Positions 22,936-33,571 of a stretch of DNA of 64,000 bases are shown here, piece after piece; the first letter of the stretch is position 1; each line of letters opens with the position of its first letter. This DNA comes from an uncultured Trueperaceae bacterium (GTDB taxonomy: Bacteria > Deinococcota > Deinococci > Deinococcales > Trueperaceae). Where the stretch lies: positions 448,001 to 512,000 of the forward strand of contig CAVSGP010000009.1 of NCBI GenBank assembly GCA_963727505.1. Reading direction: 5' to 3'. Below the pieces are notes generated by a model, which saw only the letters and a list, made by a program, of their open reading frames with translations, had not been told where the DNA came from and did not search any database. The translations under genes were made by a program, and so were the position numbers.

Positions 22936-23574
22936 GTGGCTGAGCAGATCGCCCCAACCCGTTCGAATCTGCTGCAGCGGCGGGATCAGCGCAAGCTCGC
23001 CGTCCGCGGTGCCGACCTCCTGAAGCGCAAGCGTGATGCGCTGGTGGCCGAGTTCTTCGACCTCGTCAAGACCTCTCTCGAGGCGCGTCGGCGGCTCGCC
23101 GAGGCGAGCCGCGAGGCGTACTTCGCGCTGTTCCTCGCCAATGCCTGGGATGGGCCCGAAGCGGTGTCCAGCCTGGGCCTGGCGGAGAGCCGTTCGCTCG
23201 AGGTGCCGGTGACGGTCGAGAACATCTTCGGCGTCAAGGTCCCACAGGTGCAGCCGCCCTCGTTCGGTGGGCAGCTCCCGTTCTCACCGATCGGCGCAGG
23301 CTCGCAGACGCTGGCCGCGGCGCGAGAGTTCCGCAAGCTCACCGAGGCGATCGTCAACGTGGCCGCCACGGAGACTCGCCTCCGGCGCATCGGCGAGGAG
23401 ATCAAGAAGACCAACCGCCGCGTGAACGCCCTGGAGCAGCTCGTCATCCCCAACATCAACGGCGAGATCCGGCAGATCCGCAGCGTGCTCGATCAGCGTG
23501 CGCTCGAGGAGGTCACGGTGCTCAAGCGCATCAAGGCCAAGCTCGAGGCGCGGGAGCAGGCCCGGGAAGCCTAG
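22936..23574 (+). CDS. atpD: V/A-type ATP synthase subunit D
   Basis: PTR.NL, LLKRKRDAL and KTNRRVNALE. Confidence 0.96.
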   Translation: MAEQIAPTRSNLLQRRDQRKLAVRGADLLKRKRDALVAEFFDLVKTSLEARRRLAEASREAYFALFLANAWDGPEAVSSLGLAESRSLEVPVTVENIFGVKVPQVQPPSFGGQLPFSPIGAGSQTLAAAREFRKLTEAIVNVAATETRLRRIGEEIKKTNRRVNALEQLVIPNINGEIRQIRSVLDQRALEEVTVLKRIKAKLEAREQAREA

Positions 23575-23781
23575 CCCGGCGGGAGGCCGTGTGCCGCCCG
23601 CCTTACCGACACAAGACGAAGCGCTCGATGGGCCGGCCTCCGTGCCGGCCCATCGCCGTTGGGGCGGCGCGCGGTGGCGCGCCGTTGTACTCCGCCGCTT
23701 TACAGGGGTCGGCGGGGACGGTAGCATGACGCACACCACACCGTGGTCACATCTTGGGATTCTAGGGGAAAGAGGTTCCGT

Positions 23782-24801
23782 ATGCGCAAGTTGGCATTCC
23801 TCGCTACGCTCGTGGCGCTGGTGCTCGGCAGCACTGCACTGGCCCAGCAGAGCCTGCTGGACAAGGTACAGGCACGCGGCACGCTGGTGTGCGGCGTCAA
23901 CAACCAGCTTCCGGGCTTCGGCAGCGTCGACGCCAGCGGCAAGTTCGTCGGCTTCGACGTCGACTTCTGCCGTGCCATCGCCGCCGCCGTCCTGGGCGAC
24001 GCAACGAAGGTCCAGTTCCGACCGCTCTCGGCCCAGGAGCGCTTCACCGCCGTACAGACCGGCGAGGTCGACGTGCTCATCCGTAACACGACCTGGACCA
24101 GCAGCCGCGACACCACCGTGGGCATGGAGTTCGCGCCGACCACCTTCTACGACGGTCAGGGCTTCCTGGTGCGCGCCGACTCCGGCATCAACACCTTGCA
24201 GGACCTGGAGGGTCGCAAGATCTGCGTGCAGTCCGGTACGACCACCGAGAAGAACCTGGCGGACGTGCTCGGCGCGCTCAACGTGAGCTTCACGCCGGTC
24301 ATCTACGAGAACCCCGACCAGGCCTCCTCGGCCTACGACAACGGTGCGTGCGACGCCTTCACGTCGGACAAGTCGCAGCTCGCCAGCCGCAAGACCACGC
24401 TGCGCGATCCGAGCGCGCACAAGATCCTTGATGCGACGATCTCCAAGGAGCCGCTGGGGCCGGCCGTGCTCGACGGCGACTCGACCTGGTTCGACGCCGT
24501 CAAGTGGATCGTCTTCGGCGTGATCACGGCCGAGGAGTACGGCATCACCTCGCAGAACGTGGAGAACGTCGCGCAGACCTCGCAGAACCCCACCGTGCGG
24601 CGCATGCTGGGCGTCGAAGGCGACAACATCACGGGCCTCGGCCTGCCCGCCGACGGCATCCTGCAGGCGATCAAGCAGGTGGGCAACTACGCCGAGATCT
24701 ACAACCGCAATCTCGGGCCGGACACGCAGTTCAACATCCCGCGAGGGCTGAACAAGCTCTACACCAACGGCGGCATCCTGTACGCCCCGCCTTTCCGTTG
24801 A
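23782..24801 (+). CDS. aapJ: General L-amino acid ABC transporter substrate-binding protein (AapJ/BztA)
   Basis: Signal peptide; GFDVDFCRA, RNTTWT.SRD, FYDGQG, ISKEPLGP, GNYAEIY.RN and terminal YAPPFR. Confidence 0.93.
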   Translation: MRKLAFLATLVALVLGSTALAQQSLLDKVQARGTLVCGVNNQLPGFGSVDASGKFVGFDVDFCRAIAAAVLGDATKVQFRPLSAQERFTAVQTGEVDVLIRNTTWTSSRDTTVGMEFAPTTFYDGQGFLVRADSGINTLQDLEGRKICVQSGTTTEKNLADVLGALNVSFTPVIYENPDQASSAYDNGACDAFTSDKSQLASRKTTLRDPSAHKILDATISKEPLGPAVLDGDSTWFDAVKWIVFGVITAEEYGITSQNVENVAQTSQNPTVRRMLGVEGDNITGLGLPADGILQAIKQVGNYAEIYNRNLGPDTQFNIPRGLNKLYTNGGILYAPPFR

Positions 24802-24836
24802 GCACGCCTGCCTGACATGTCGATGCCCATGATGGC

Positions 24837-24872
24837 ACCACGGGGGACGCGCCCGAGCGCGTCCCCCGTGGT
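24837..24872. terminator. Perfect 16-bp intercistronic stem-loop after aapJ
   Basis: accacgggggacgcgc-ccga-gcgcgtcccccgtggt. Confidence 0.6.
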
Positions 24873-24911
24873 TGCGGGACGGAGCGCTCGCATGCGGCCG
24901 CGGCACGGTCC

Positions 24912-26726
24912 ATGAGGGTCCGTTCGGGATCGCGCGTTCCCTTCTACCGGAACGTCAAGACCCTCGGGGTCCTCGCCCAGGTGGTCTTCGCTGTGGTCGT
25001 GGTGCTGGCTGCAGCCCTCATCTATCACAACGTGAGCTCGGCACTGAGCCGTTCCCACGTCCCCGCGACCTTCTCGTTCCTCGGGGTGCGAGCCGGCATC
25101 CCGATCGCCGAGACGCCGATCCCCTATACGCCCAGCGACAGCTATGCCCGGGCGTTCCTGATCGGGGTGCTCAACACCCTCAAGGTGGCGTTGGTCGGCG
25201 TCGTGCTGGCCTCCGTGCTGGGCGTGGTCATCGGCGTCATGCGCCTGTCGGCGAACTGGCTGTTGCGACAGCTCGCCAACCTCTATGTAGAGACCATCCG
25301 CAACACGCCGCTGGCCGTGCAGATCGTCTTCTGGTACACCGCCATCCTCACGCCCCTGCCGCCCCGGATCCTGAGCGCGGTGCGCTGGCCGGGTGGTGTG
25401 CTGGTGAGCAACCAGGGCGTGGCGTTGCCCTGGCCCTATCCCACGCCCGCGTTCACGGGCTGGCTTCCCTACCTGGGTGCGGCCGTGGTGCTCGGCGCGG
25501 TCGCCTTCGTCGTGCGCCGCGGTCAGCTCAGGCGGGCGGATCGGCCGGGCAGTCCGCTGGTACCCGCCCTTCTCGTGGCGCTGGCCGTGACTGTGGCCGG
25601 CTATCTTTTCGTCGGAACCACATCGCTCCCGCGCGGCACAGCCATCAGCTTCCGCCAGGAAAGCGGTATCGCCACGGCCTTCGTGGATGCCAACGGCGAC
25701 GGCAAGGTCGATGAGGGGGAGCGCAGGCTCGCCTTCATCCCGGTCGTCACGCACGTTGCCAAGGGCGTTCTCACGACCCAGACGCAGGACCTGTCGGAGT
25801 CGCGACGTATCGACTACGGGCGGTTCCGCTTTCCTCCCCTCCATCAGGGGGAGTACGACAGCGCCACGGTGGCCTTCGCGGATCCGTCCAAGGCCGAGGG
25901 GCTCGCGATCGCCTACGTGCACGAGCCATACCAGGGGATCGTCTACCGGGACGCGAACGGCAACGGACGCTTCGACGCCGGCGAGGAGCTGTCGTCGGGC
26001 GGTGGCGCGAGCGGGACTGCGAAGCGTGGCTATGCCGCGGCGCTGCGCCTGACGGTCGAGGGCTTCCGCCGCCGGTTGGTGACCGATCGGGACGGCCAGG
26101 TACGCATCCCGCGCTTCACCACCGGCGCCGCGCAGGCCGCGTCAACCGGCGGTGGCGCCAACATGAGCCCCGCCCAGCTCTTCGCTGCGCCCTCGCAGGC
26201 GCCGGCTCCGAACGACCAACCCACCCTTGAGGCCCACTTCGACGCCCAGGCGCCGCGGCCGATCATCGTCAGCCATCCGACCATCCCGATCAGCACCTAC
26301 TTCGGTGGGCTCACGCTGTCGAGCAACTACCTGGCGTTGCTGCTGGGACTGGTCATCTACACCGCCAGCTTCATCGCCGAGATCGTGCGCGGCGGCATCC
26401 AGGCGGTGCCGGGCGGTCAGCGCGAGGCGGCGAAGGCCCTGGGTCTCAGCGATATGCAGACGTTCCGTCTGGTCGTCTTCCCGCAGGCGTTGCGGATCAT
26501 CCTTCCACCGATGATCAGCCAGTATCTCAACCTCACGAAGAACTCCTCTCTGGCGCCGCTTGCGGCCTACGTGGAGCTGTTCGCGATCACCACCATCATC
26601 GCGTCGCAGACCGGCGCGAGCGTCCCCGTGACGATCATGCTGATCGCGTCGTACATCATCATCAGTCTGGTCTTCGCCTTCATCCTCAACTTGGTCAACG
26701 CCCGCATGGCGTTGGTGGAGCGCTGA
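24912..26726 (+). CDS. aapQ: Amino acid ABC transporter permease (AapQ/BztB) with a large extracytoplasmic insertion
   Basis: RLSANWL, YVETIRNTPL, IAEIVRGGI, Q.EAAKALGL and QYLNLTKNSSL; at 604 aa it is much longer than a typical AapQ. Confidence 0.88.
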   Translation: MRVRSGSRVPFYRNVKTLGVLAQVVFAVVVVLAAALIYHNVSSALSRSHVPATFSFLGVRAGIPIAETPIPYTPSDSYARAFLIGVLNTLKVALVGVVLASVLGVVIGVMRLSANWLLRQLANLYVETIRNTPLAVQIVFWYTAILTPLPPRILSAVRWPGGVLVSNQGVALPWPYPTPAFTGWLPYLGAAVVLGAVAFVVRRGQLRRADRPGSPLVPALLVALAVTVAGYLFVGTTSLPRGTAISFRQESGIATAFVDANGDGKVDEGERRLAFIPVVTHVAKGVLTTQTQDLSESRRIDYGRFRFPPLHQGEYDSATVAFADPSKAEGLAIAYVHEPYQGIVYRDANGNGRFDAGEELSSGGGASGTAKRGYAAALRLTVEGFRRRLVTDRDGQVRIPRFTTGAAQAASTGGGANMSPAQLFAAPSQAPAPNDQPTLEAHFDAQAPRPIIVSHPTIPISTYFGGLTLSSNYLALLLGLVIYTASFIAEIVRGGIQAVPGGQREAAKALGLSDMQTFRLVVFPQALRIILPPMISQYLNLTKNSSLAPLAAYVELFAITTIIASQTGASVPVTIMLIASYIIISLVFAFILNLVNARMALVER

Positions 26727-26727
26727 C

Positions 26728-27942
26728 ATGACCACCCTGCGAAAGCCGCCGGTCACGCGCCGCGGCCCCCTCGGCTGGCTGCGGGCCAACCTCTTCTCGA
26801 GCTGGGGCAACGCCATCGCCTCGGTGGCAGTGGTCGCCGTCCTCGTCTACCTGGTGGGCGAGCTGGCGTTGTGGATGGTCTCCGAGGCGCACTGGGGTCC
26901 GGTGTGGGCCAACCTGAAGCTGTTCGCCGTCTACCGCTACCCGCCGGAGCTGTTGTGGCGCCCCTTCGCGGCTTCCGCGTTGGTCCTGCTTCTGCTCGGC
27001 GCGACTGCCGGCGTCGGTCGGCGGAGCGGCGAGTCGATCGCCGGCGGGGTCTTCTGGTGGTTCTTCGGGCTGAGCGCGGGGCTGACGTTGGTGGGTCTGG
27101 TGGCGTGGCCGGTCGCTCGCTGGGGTTGGCTGGCCGTCTCGCTGGTCGGCCTGCTGGGGTACGTCGCGGGGCGCCTCGAGCCGCGCCTGGCGCGCGCCCT
27201 TCCGTGGTCGTGGGGTGCGTCGCTGGTGGTCGTGGTGGTGCTGCTCAACGGCTTCGGTTCCCACGGGATGTTGCGGTCGGTCAGCACCAAGGAGTGGGGC
27301 GGCTTCATGCTGACGCTGATCCTCTCCATCGTCGGCATCGCCATCAGCTTCCCGCTCGGCATCGCGCTGGCGCTGGGCCGACGCAGCAAGCTGCCGGTCA
27401 TCCGTGCGGTCTCCGTGGGGTTCATCGAGATCGTGCGCGGCGCGCCGCTCATCATGTGGCTGTTCATCGCCTCCCTGATGGTCCCGCTTGTGCTCAACGT
27501 GAGCCCGAGCGCCGTCGGGCCGCTGTCGAGGGCGATGGTCGCCGTCACGCTGTTCTCGGCGGCCTACATGGCCGAGAACGTGCGCGGAGGGCTTCAGGCC
27601 GTGCCCAAGGGGCAGTACGAGGCGGCGCAGGCGCTGGGCCTGTCCGGCTGGCAACGCACCCGCCTGATCATCCTGCCGCAGGCCCTCCGGGCCGTGATCC
27701 CGGCCATCGTGGGGCAGGCCATCGCGCTGTTCAAGGACACCTCGCTCGTGTTCATCGTCGGCCTGTTCGACTTCTTCAACGTCGGAAACATCGTGGCCAA
27801 CCAGAATGCGTCGCTGCTCGTCCCGGGCGGCGTACGGCTCGAACTGTCGCTGTTCCTGGCGGTGGTGTACTGGTTCTTCGCCTATCGTATGAGCGTCGCG
27901 TCGCGGCAGCTCGAGCGCCAGCTGGGCGTCGGCGAGAGATAG
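26728..27942 (+). CDS. aapM: Amino acid ABC transporter permease (AapM/BztC)
   Basis: [36 protein letters not shown] and FKDTSL. Confidence 0.92.
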   Translation: MTTLRKPPVTRRGPLGWLRANLFSSWGNAIASVAVVAVLVYLVGELALWMVSEAHWGPVWANLKLFAVYRYPPELLWRPFAASALVLLLLGATAGVGRRSGESIAGGVFWWFFGLSAGLTLVGLVAWPVARWGWLAVSLVGLLGYVAGRLEPRLARALPWSWGASLVVVVVLLNGFGSHGMLRSVSTKEWGGFMLTLILSIVGIAISFPLGIALALGRRSKLPVIRAVSVGFIEIVRGAPLIMWLFIASLMVPLVLNVSPSAVGPLSRAMVAVTLFSAAYMAENVRGGLQAVPKGQYEAAQALGLSGWQRTRLIILPQALRAVIPAIVGQAIALFKDTSLVFIVGLFDFFNVGNIVANQNASLLVPGGVRLELSLFLAVVYWFFAYRMSVASRQLERQLGVGER

Positions 27943-27989
27943 GGTCGTCCAGTGAGGCGACCAGCGCCCGTCAGGGCGGAAGGAGAGAC

Positions 27990-28775
27990 ATGACGGACGA
28001 AGCCGTACTCCGAGGGCCGGTCCGGGCGGACGCCCCGGAAGGCGGGTCCCGGATCATCGAGGTGGAGGGGCTGAACAAGTGGTTCGGCGACTTCCATGTG
28101 CTCAAGGACATCCACCTTTCCATGAACCGTGGGGAGGTCGTCGTCGTCATCGGGCCGTCGGGCTCGGGGAAGTCGACGTTGATCCGCTGCATCAACCGGC
28201 TCGAGGAGCACCAGGAGGGGCGCATCGTGGTCGACGGCGTGGAGCTCACCGACGACGTGCGCCACATCGATCAGGTCCGGCGCGAGACCGGCATGGTCTT
28301 CCAGCAGTTCAATCTGTTCCCGCACCTCACCGTGCTGGAGAACGTCACGCTGGCGCCGGTGCGGGTGCGCAAGTGGCGGAAGTCGCGCGCCGACGAGCGG
28401 GCCATGTACTTCCTGGAGAAGGTGGGCATTCCCGAGCAGGCGCGCAAGTACCCGGGTCAGCTCTCCGGCGGGCAGCAGCAGCGCGTGGCGATCGCGCGGG
28501 CGTTGACCATGGAGCCGAAGGTGATGCTGTTCGATGAGCCCACCAGCGCCCTGGATCCCGAGGTGATCGGGGAGGTCCTGGAGGTGATGGTGACGCTGGC
28601 CAAGGAGGGCATGTCGATGGCCGTCGTTACGCACGAGATGGGGTTCGCGCGGGAGGTGGCCGACCGGGTCATCTTCATGGACGCCGGGCAGATCGTCGAG
28701 GTCGGCACGCCCGAGCACTTCTTCGAGAATCCACGTGAGGAACGTACGCGGGCCTTCCTCTCGAAGATCCTGTAG
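27990..28775 (+). CDS. aapP: Amino acid ABC transporter ATP-binding protein (AapP/BztD)
   Basis: [28 protein letters not shown] and THEMGFA; SD aggaga before ATG 27990. Confidence 0.95.
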   Translation: MTDEAVLRGPVRADAPEGGSRIIEVEGLNKWFGDFHVLKDIHLSMNRGEVVVVIGPSGSGKSTLIRCINRLEEHQEGRIVVDGVELTDDVRHIDQVRRETGMVFQQFNLFPHLTVLENVTLAPVRVRKWRKSRADERAMYFLEKVGIPEQARKYPGQLSGGQQQRVAIARALTMEPKVMLFDEPTSALDPEVIGEVLEVMVTLAKEGMSMAVVTHEMGFAREVADRVIFMDAGQIVEVGTPEHFFENPREERTRAFLSKIL

Positions 28776-28856
28776 CGGGGGTATCTCACAGCCCCTCGTG
28801 GCGCGGCGCGCCTATGCTGGCGGCATGGCGAGCCCCCATGGACGCGAGGTCGCGGC

Positions 28857-30035
28857 ATGACCGATGCACCTCAGGAGACCGGCGCTGGACGCGGGATGCG
28901 CATCGCGGAGCTGCTCCGTACGATGGTCGCGAAGGGCGCGTCGGACGTGCACCTGCAGGCGGGAGCCCCGCCGCACATGCGCATCGACGGCGAGCTCATG
29001 CCCTTCGAAGGGGTGCCCGGTCTCACGCCCGAGCAGACCGAGCAGATCGCGCTCGCCATGATGAGCGAGAGCCAGCGGGACCTGTTCCGGCACCGCCACG
29101 AGGTCGACTTCGCCTTCACCATCCCCAACGTGGCGCGTTTCCGTTGCAACGTGCTCCGGCAGCGCGGTTCCATCGGCGTGGTGATGCGCGTCATCGGCGA
29201 TGCTATCCCGAGCTTCGAGTCGCTGGGTTTGCCGACGAGCGTGGTCACGGAGTTCGCCAGTCAGCCGCGCGGGATGGTGCTGGTCACGGGCCCCACCGGA
29301 TCCGGGAAGACCACCACCCTGGCGGCGATGGTCGACTACATCAACCGCCGCTTTCCACGCAACATCATCACCATCGAGGATCCGATCGAGATCCTCCACA
29401 AGAACCACAAGAGCCTGGTCATCCAGCGCGAGATCGGCCTCGACACGGCGGACTTCGTCGGCGCACTGAAGTACGCCATGCGCCAGGACCCCGACGTCAT
29501 CATGGTCGGCGAGATGCGTGACAAGGAGACGGTGGAGGCGGCCATCACGGCTGCCCAGACCGGTCACCTGGTGCTCAGCACCTTGCACACGCTCGACGCC
29601 ATCCGCACCGTCAACCGCATCATCGACTTCTTCCCGCCACACGAGCGCGGCCAGATCCGCATCATGCTGGCAGAGTCACTGCTCGGGATCCTCAGCCAGC
29701 GGCTGTTGCCGCGCGCCGACGGCCCGGGCCGCGCGCTGACCGTCGAGGTGCTGGTCAACACCCCGCTCATCCGCGACTACATCAAGGACGAGGAGAAGAC
29801 CCCGCTGATCAAGGAGGCGCTCATGCAGGACAACCTGCGCGGCATGCAGACCTTCGATCAGCATCTCGTCGAGCTCTATCTCGACGGCAAGGTCACCCTC
29901 GAGGACGCCACGTTCATGGCGACCAGCCCTCACGAGCTGCGGCTGATGATCACGCAACGGCAGGGTGGCATGGACGACCGCCAGGAGAAGGAGTTCGACC
30001 GGCTCATCCAGAGCCAGCGCGGTCCGCTGGGCTGA
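28857..30035 (+). CDS. pilT: Type IV pilus retraction ATPase (PilT/PilU family)
   Basis: ASDVHL, GPTGSGKTTT, TIEDPIE, RQDPDVIMVGEMRD, TGHLVLSTLH and GMQTFD. Confidence 0.92.
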   Translation: MTDAPQETGAGRGMRIAELLRTMVAKGASDVHLQAGAPPHMRIDGELMPFEGVPGLTPEQTEQIALAMMSESQRDLFRHRHEVDFAFTIPNVARFRCNVLRQRGSIGVVMRVIGDAIPSFESLGLPTSVVTEFASQPRGMVLVTGPTGSGKTTTLAAMVDYINRRFPRNIITIEDPIEILHKNHKSLVIQREIGLDTADFVGALKYAMRQDPDVIMVGEMRDKETVEAAITAAQTGHLVLSTLHTLDAIRTVNRIIDFFPPHERGQIRIMLAESLLGILSQRLLPRADGPGRALTVEVLVNTPLIRDYIKDEEKTPLIKEALMQDNLRGMQTFDQHLVELYLDGKVTLEDATFMATSPHELRLMITQRQGGMDDRQEKEFDRLIQSQRGPLG

Positions 30036-30050
30036 GCGTCCCGTCGGAGC

Positions 30051-31445
30051 TCAGGCGCGCCCGCGACCGATCTGGGGCACGTTCGGTTCGAACGGCAGCA
30101 TGCGTGTCGCGCGCCCCCACAGATCGTAGGCATCCGCTGCGGTGATCTCGGTCTCCACGAGATCGCCGATCTTGACCGTGCCGTCCGTCTCCACGATCAC
30201 CGTTCCGTCGACGCCGGGGGCGTCGCCAGGGCTCCGACCGACGACGGTCCCGGGCTCGTCACCGTACCCGTCCACCAGGACCGGGAGCACGCGTCCCACC
30301 TTGGCGCCCTGGCGCGCCACGCTCACGTCGTGCTGCACCTCCATCAGTCGCTCGAAGCGCGCGGCCTTGACCTCTTCGGGCACGGCACCGGGCAGATCGT
30401 TGGCCGGTGCGCCCTCGACGGTGCTGTAGCGGAAGGCGCCGACCCGGTCGATCTGCGCGGCTGCCAGGAAGTCGAGCAGGAGCTCGAAGTCCTCGTCCGT
30501 TTCGCCAGGGAAGCCCACGATGAAGGTCGAACGCACGGTCAGCTCGGGACAGGCCGCACGCCATGCCTGCAGCGTGGCCAGGTGACTCTCCGGCCCACCC
30601 GGCCGGCGCATGGCGCGCAGCACTCTGGGGCTGGCGTGCTGCAGGGGGACATCGAGGTAGGGAAGGAGAAGCCCCTCGGCCATCAGCGGCAGAAGCTCGT
30701 GCACGTGCGGGTGAGGGTAGACGTAGTGCAGCCGGACCCACGCCCCGAGGCGGCCCAGCTCGCGCGCCAGATCGGGAAGGCGGGCGGCCACGGAGCGGCC
30801 GTCGTAGTCGGTGGCGCGGTTCCGAAGGTCGGTCCCGTAGGCCGCGCTGTCCTGGGCGATGACCAGCAGCTCGCGGGTCCCGCTGGCCACGAGGCGGGTG
30901 GCCTCGGACAGCACATCGGCGGCGTCCCGCGAGCGCTGCTGGCCACGGAGCTGCGGGATGATGCAGAAGCTGCAGCGGTGATCGCAACCCTCGGCGATCT
31001 TGAGATAGGCGTAGTGCCGCGGGGTCAGCTTGACCTGCGGGCCGAGCGCCGAGCGCGGGCGCGAGGCCGCGGTGGGGAGCAGGCGCGTGAAGGGGTCGGT
31101 GTCGGGTGGGAGCACCTCGCGTACGGCGTTCATCACGCCGTCGACGTCGGCCTGGCCGGTCACCGCCAGGACCTCGGGGTGACGCTCCAGGATGGTCCGG
31201 GGCCGTTCCCCCAGGCAGCCGGTGACGATGACCCTGCCGTTGGCTTCGAGCGCTTCACCGATCGCCTGCAGCGACTCCTCCACCGCCGGGGTGATGAAGC
31301 CGCAAGTGTTCACCACGACGAGGTCCGCCTCCTCGTAGCCGCCGACGAGCTCGTATCCCTCGGCGCGGAGCTGGGTGACGATACGCTCGCTGTCGACCAG
31401 CGCCTTGGCGCAACCCAGGCTCACGAACCCGACGCGCCCGCTCAC
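30051..31445 (-). CDS. rimO: Ribosomal protein S12 methylthiotransferase
   Basis: [18 protein letters not shown], radical [20 protein letters not shown] and a TRAM C-terminus. The GTG start overlaps the folC stop. Confidence 0.95.
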   Translation of the reverse strand: MSGRVGFVSLGCAKALVDSERIVTQLRAEGYELVGGYEEADLVVVNTCGFITPAVEESLQAIGEALEANGRVIVTGCLGERPRTILERHPEVLAVTGQADVDGVMNAVREVLPPDTDPFTRLLPTAASRPRSALGPQVKLTPRHYAYLKIAEGCDHRCSFCIIPQLRGQQRSRDAADVLSEATRLVASGTRELLVIAQDSAAYGTDLRNRATDYDGRSVAARLPDLARELGRLGAWVRLHYVYPHPHVHELLPLMAEGLLLPYLDVPLQHASPRVLRAMRRPGGPESHLATLQAWRAACPELTVRSTFIVGFPGETDEDFELLLDFLAAAQIDRVGAFRYSTVEGAPANDLPGAVPEEVKAARFERLMEVQHDVSVARQGAKVGRVLPVLVDGYGDEPGTVVGRSPGDAPGVDGTVIVETDGTVKIGDLVETEITAADAYDLWGRATRMLPFEPNVPQIGRGRA

Positions 31446-32716
31446 GCACGCGCTCCCGCGTTCGAGCCCGGCGTCGAGCCCGGCGCCGCGGATGCCGCCT
31501 GCGCCGCCTGGCGCGCGCGGCGCCGCAGGAGCGGCCGCAACCTCCCCGCCAGGTAGAGCGAGCCCGCAACGACCACGCGGGCGGCAGGGCCGCCGGCACC
31601 ACTCGCGGCACGTGCCGTGGCCAGCGCCAGCGCCCGGTCCAGAGCGGAACCAGGGTCGGCGAGGAAGATGCAGCCGGAGCGCACGGGCAGCGGCCGTTCG
31701 CCCGTCCCGGCCTCGGTGAGCACGACCGCGGCCGCGGCGGCCTCCAGAGGCGCCAACGTTGCGGCCGCCTGCTTGCGTTCCAGGGCACCGAAGACCAGTA
31801 CGTAACCGGGCTCGAGCTCCGCGGCCAGCGCCGCGGCGGCGGCCGGATCGTGGGCTCCGTCCAGGACCACCTCGCAGCCACGGAGCCGGAAGCGCTCGCC
31901 GCGGCCCGGCAGGGACGGAGCGCAGACGCCCTCGGCGACGGCCTCCTCGGGCGCCCCCAGGAGTCGAAGCGCGGCCGCGGCCAGGCGCGCGTTGCCCGCG
32001 CGCGTGGTGTCCGCGCGCGTAGCCCCCGCACCGGGCGCGGGAGCTTCGAACAACGCCGCTCTCGGGGCCTCGACGTGAAGTGGCGCCTGCAGCCGGCGCG
32101 CCTCGGTGCGCACCACCGCGAGGGCTTCGCCCCGTGCCCCGGTCACGACCGGCACTCGGGGGCGGATCGCCCCGGCCTTGTCCCGCGCGATGCTGGCGAG
32201 GTCGGGTCCGAGCGTATCCAGGTGGTCGGGCGTGACGTTGGTGAGGACCACGAGCTCCACGTTGCCCAGGGCGCGGGTGGCGTCGTGGGCACCCCCGACG
32301 CCCGCTTCGACGACCGCCCAGCGCACGCGCGCACGCGCGAAGGCCGTTAGCGCCAGCGCCAGCGTCCACTCGAAGAAGGCCGGGGCTGGCTCGAGGTCGA
32401 GCCGCTGCGCCCGGGCCACGAAACGCCGCACCGTCTCGCGTGACACCGGCCGGCCGTTGATGTTCACCCGCTCCCGGAAATCCTCGACGTGTGGCGACAC
32501 GAAACGTCCGGACGACGGACCCCATGCCCGCAAGCCGGCGTCGATCATGGCCGTCACCGTCCCCTTGCCGTTGGTACCCACCACGTGAACGACGCGTTCG
32601 GGCGTCGGTAGTGCGAGGGCGCGCACGAGCGCCTCCATCCTTGCAGGGTCGCGCGGCGCGCCGCTGCGTCGGCGGTCGTAGAGCCAGGCCAGGGCGTCTC
32701 GGTAGGGAGGCAGCAT
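31442..32716 (-). CDS. folC: Folylpolyglutamate synthase/dihydrofolate synthase
   Basis: [35 protein letters not shown] and GSLYLAG. Confidence 0.92.
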   Translation of the reverse strand: MLPPYRDALAWLYDRRRSGAPRDPARMEALVRALALPTPERVVHVVGTNGKGTVTAMIDAGLRAWGPSSGRFVSPHVEDFRERVNINGRPVSRETVRRFVARAQRLDLEPAPAFFEWTLALALTAFARARVRWAVVEAGVGGAHDATRALGNVELVVLTNVTPDHLDTLGPDLASIARDKAGAIRPRVPVVTGARGEALAVVRTEARRLQAPLHVEAPRAALFEAPAPGAGATRADTTRAGNARLAAAALRLLGAPEEAVAEGVCAPSLPGRGERFRLRGCEVVLDGAHDPAAAAALAAELEPGYVLVFGALERKQAAATLAPLEAAAAAVVLTEAGTGERPLPVRSGCIFLADPGSALDRALALATARAASGAGGPAARVVVAGSLYLAGRLRPLLRRRARQAAQAASAAPGSTPGSNAGARA

Positions 32717-32738
32717 GCCAGAGGTAACCGCCGAGCGG

Positions 32739-33446
32739 CTAGTCGTCGCGGCGCTTGCCGCGCCGAGGTCGCCGGCGGCGCGAACGGCGCCGACGCTTCC
32801 CTGCGCCGCGGGTCCCCGTGCCGCCCCCGGACGGGGCGTCGAAGTCCTGCAGATCGTCCTCTTCGCTCACCTTGACCAGTAGGGCGTCCACGAAGCCGTC
32901 CGTGAGGCGCTGGGTGAGCTTGAGCAGCAGGTGGGGAGGCTCGCGATCGACGTACGCGACGCTGCCGCCGGGATGGAGCAGGTAGGCGATGGCGGTGCGG
33001 GTCCCGAGGCTGGTGTCGAGGTCGACCTCACCGACGCGTTGCACGGTTACGTCCTTGCCGAGCAACGGGAGCACCCGGTGCTCGGTGTCCCCGAACTCAC
33101 GCAACTCGAGCAACAGCGTGAGGGGGTCTCGATAGGGCAGGAGGTAGGGAGTCGTGGCCTGGTCGCGATCCTTGGACGCCGTTACGAGTCCGGCGTCCGC
33201 GTCGAACACCACTTCGAAACGGCGCCGTCCCGAGCGTTCGTTCCACTCCTCGTGGAAGCGCTGGCTCACCCGCTCGCCTACGCCGCAGCGACTCCGCTGC
33301 ACCACGCTGCTGCTCCCGAGCGACCCCTGGAACTGTGCCCGCCCCTCCAGCAGTGTGGATCGACCGCGGTGGAGCGTTTTGAGCTCCTGGCTGCCGACCG
33401 GCTTGCCCTTGTGCGTCAAGCGGTAGCTGCACACCTCGACGGGCAT
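32739..33446 (-). CDS. Hypothetical protein (beta-rich, possibly DUF3108-like) with Arg-rich tail
   Basis: Plausible protein composition; TAGGTT 5 nt before ATG; sits upstream of folC-rimO on the same strand. Confidence 0.65.
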   Translation of the reverse strand: MPVEVCSYRLTHKGKPVGSQELKTLHRGRSTLLEGRAQFQGSLGSSSVVQRSRCGVGERVSQRFHEEWNERSGRRRFEVVFDADAGLVTASKDRDQATTPYLLPYRDPLTLLLELREFGDTEHRVLPLLGKDVTVQRVGEVDLDTSLGTRTAIAYLLHPGGSVAYVDREPPHLLLKLTQRLTDGFVDALLVKVSEEDDLQDFDAPSGGGTGTRGAGKRRRRSRRRRPRRGKRRDD

Positions 33447-33571
33447 GCCTCAACCTACCACGGCTTCCCCCGGGGAATCGCATCGGCAGCGTCCCTCACG
33501 GCTCGGCCCGGCGCGCCCGCGTATCCTGTTGGCGTGTGGCGCACGTTGGAGCCGTTTTCGGAGGACGGTCG

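Noticed and set aside
31446..32525. Apparent 824-aa RimO fusion
   Set aside because: The upstream part is an alternate frame of folC; RimO starts at GTG 31445.
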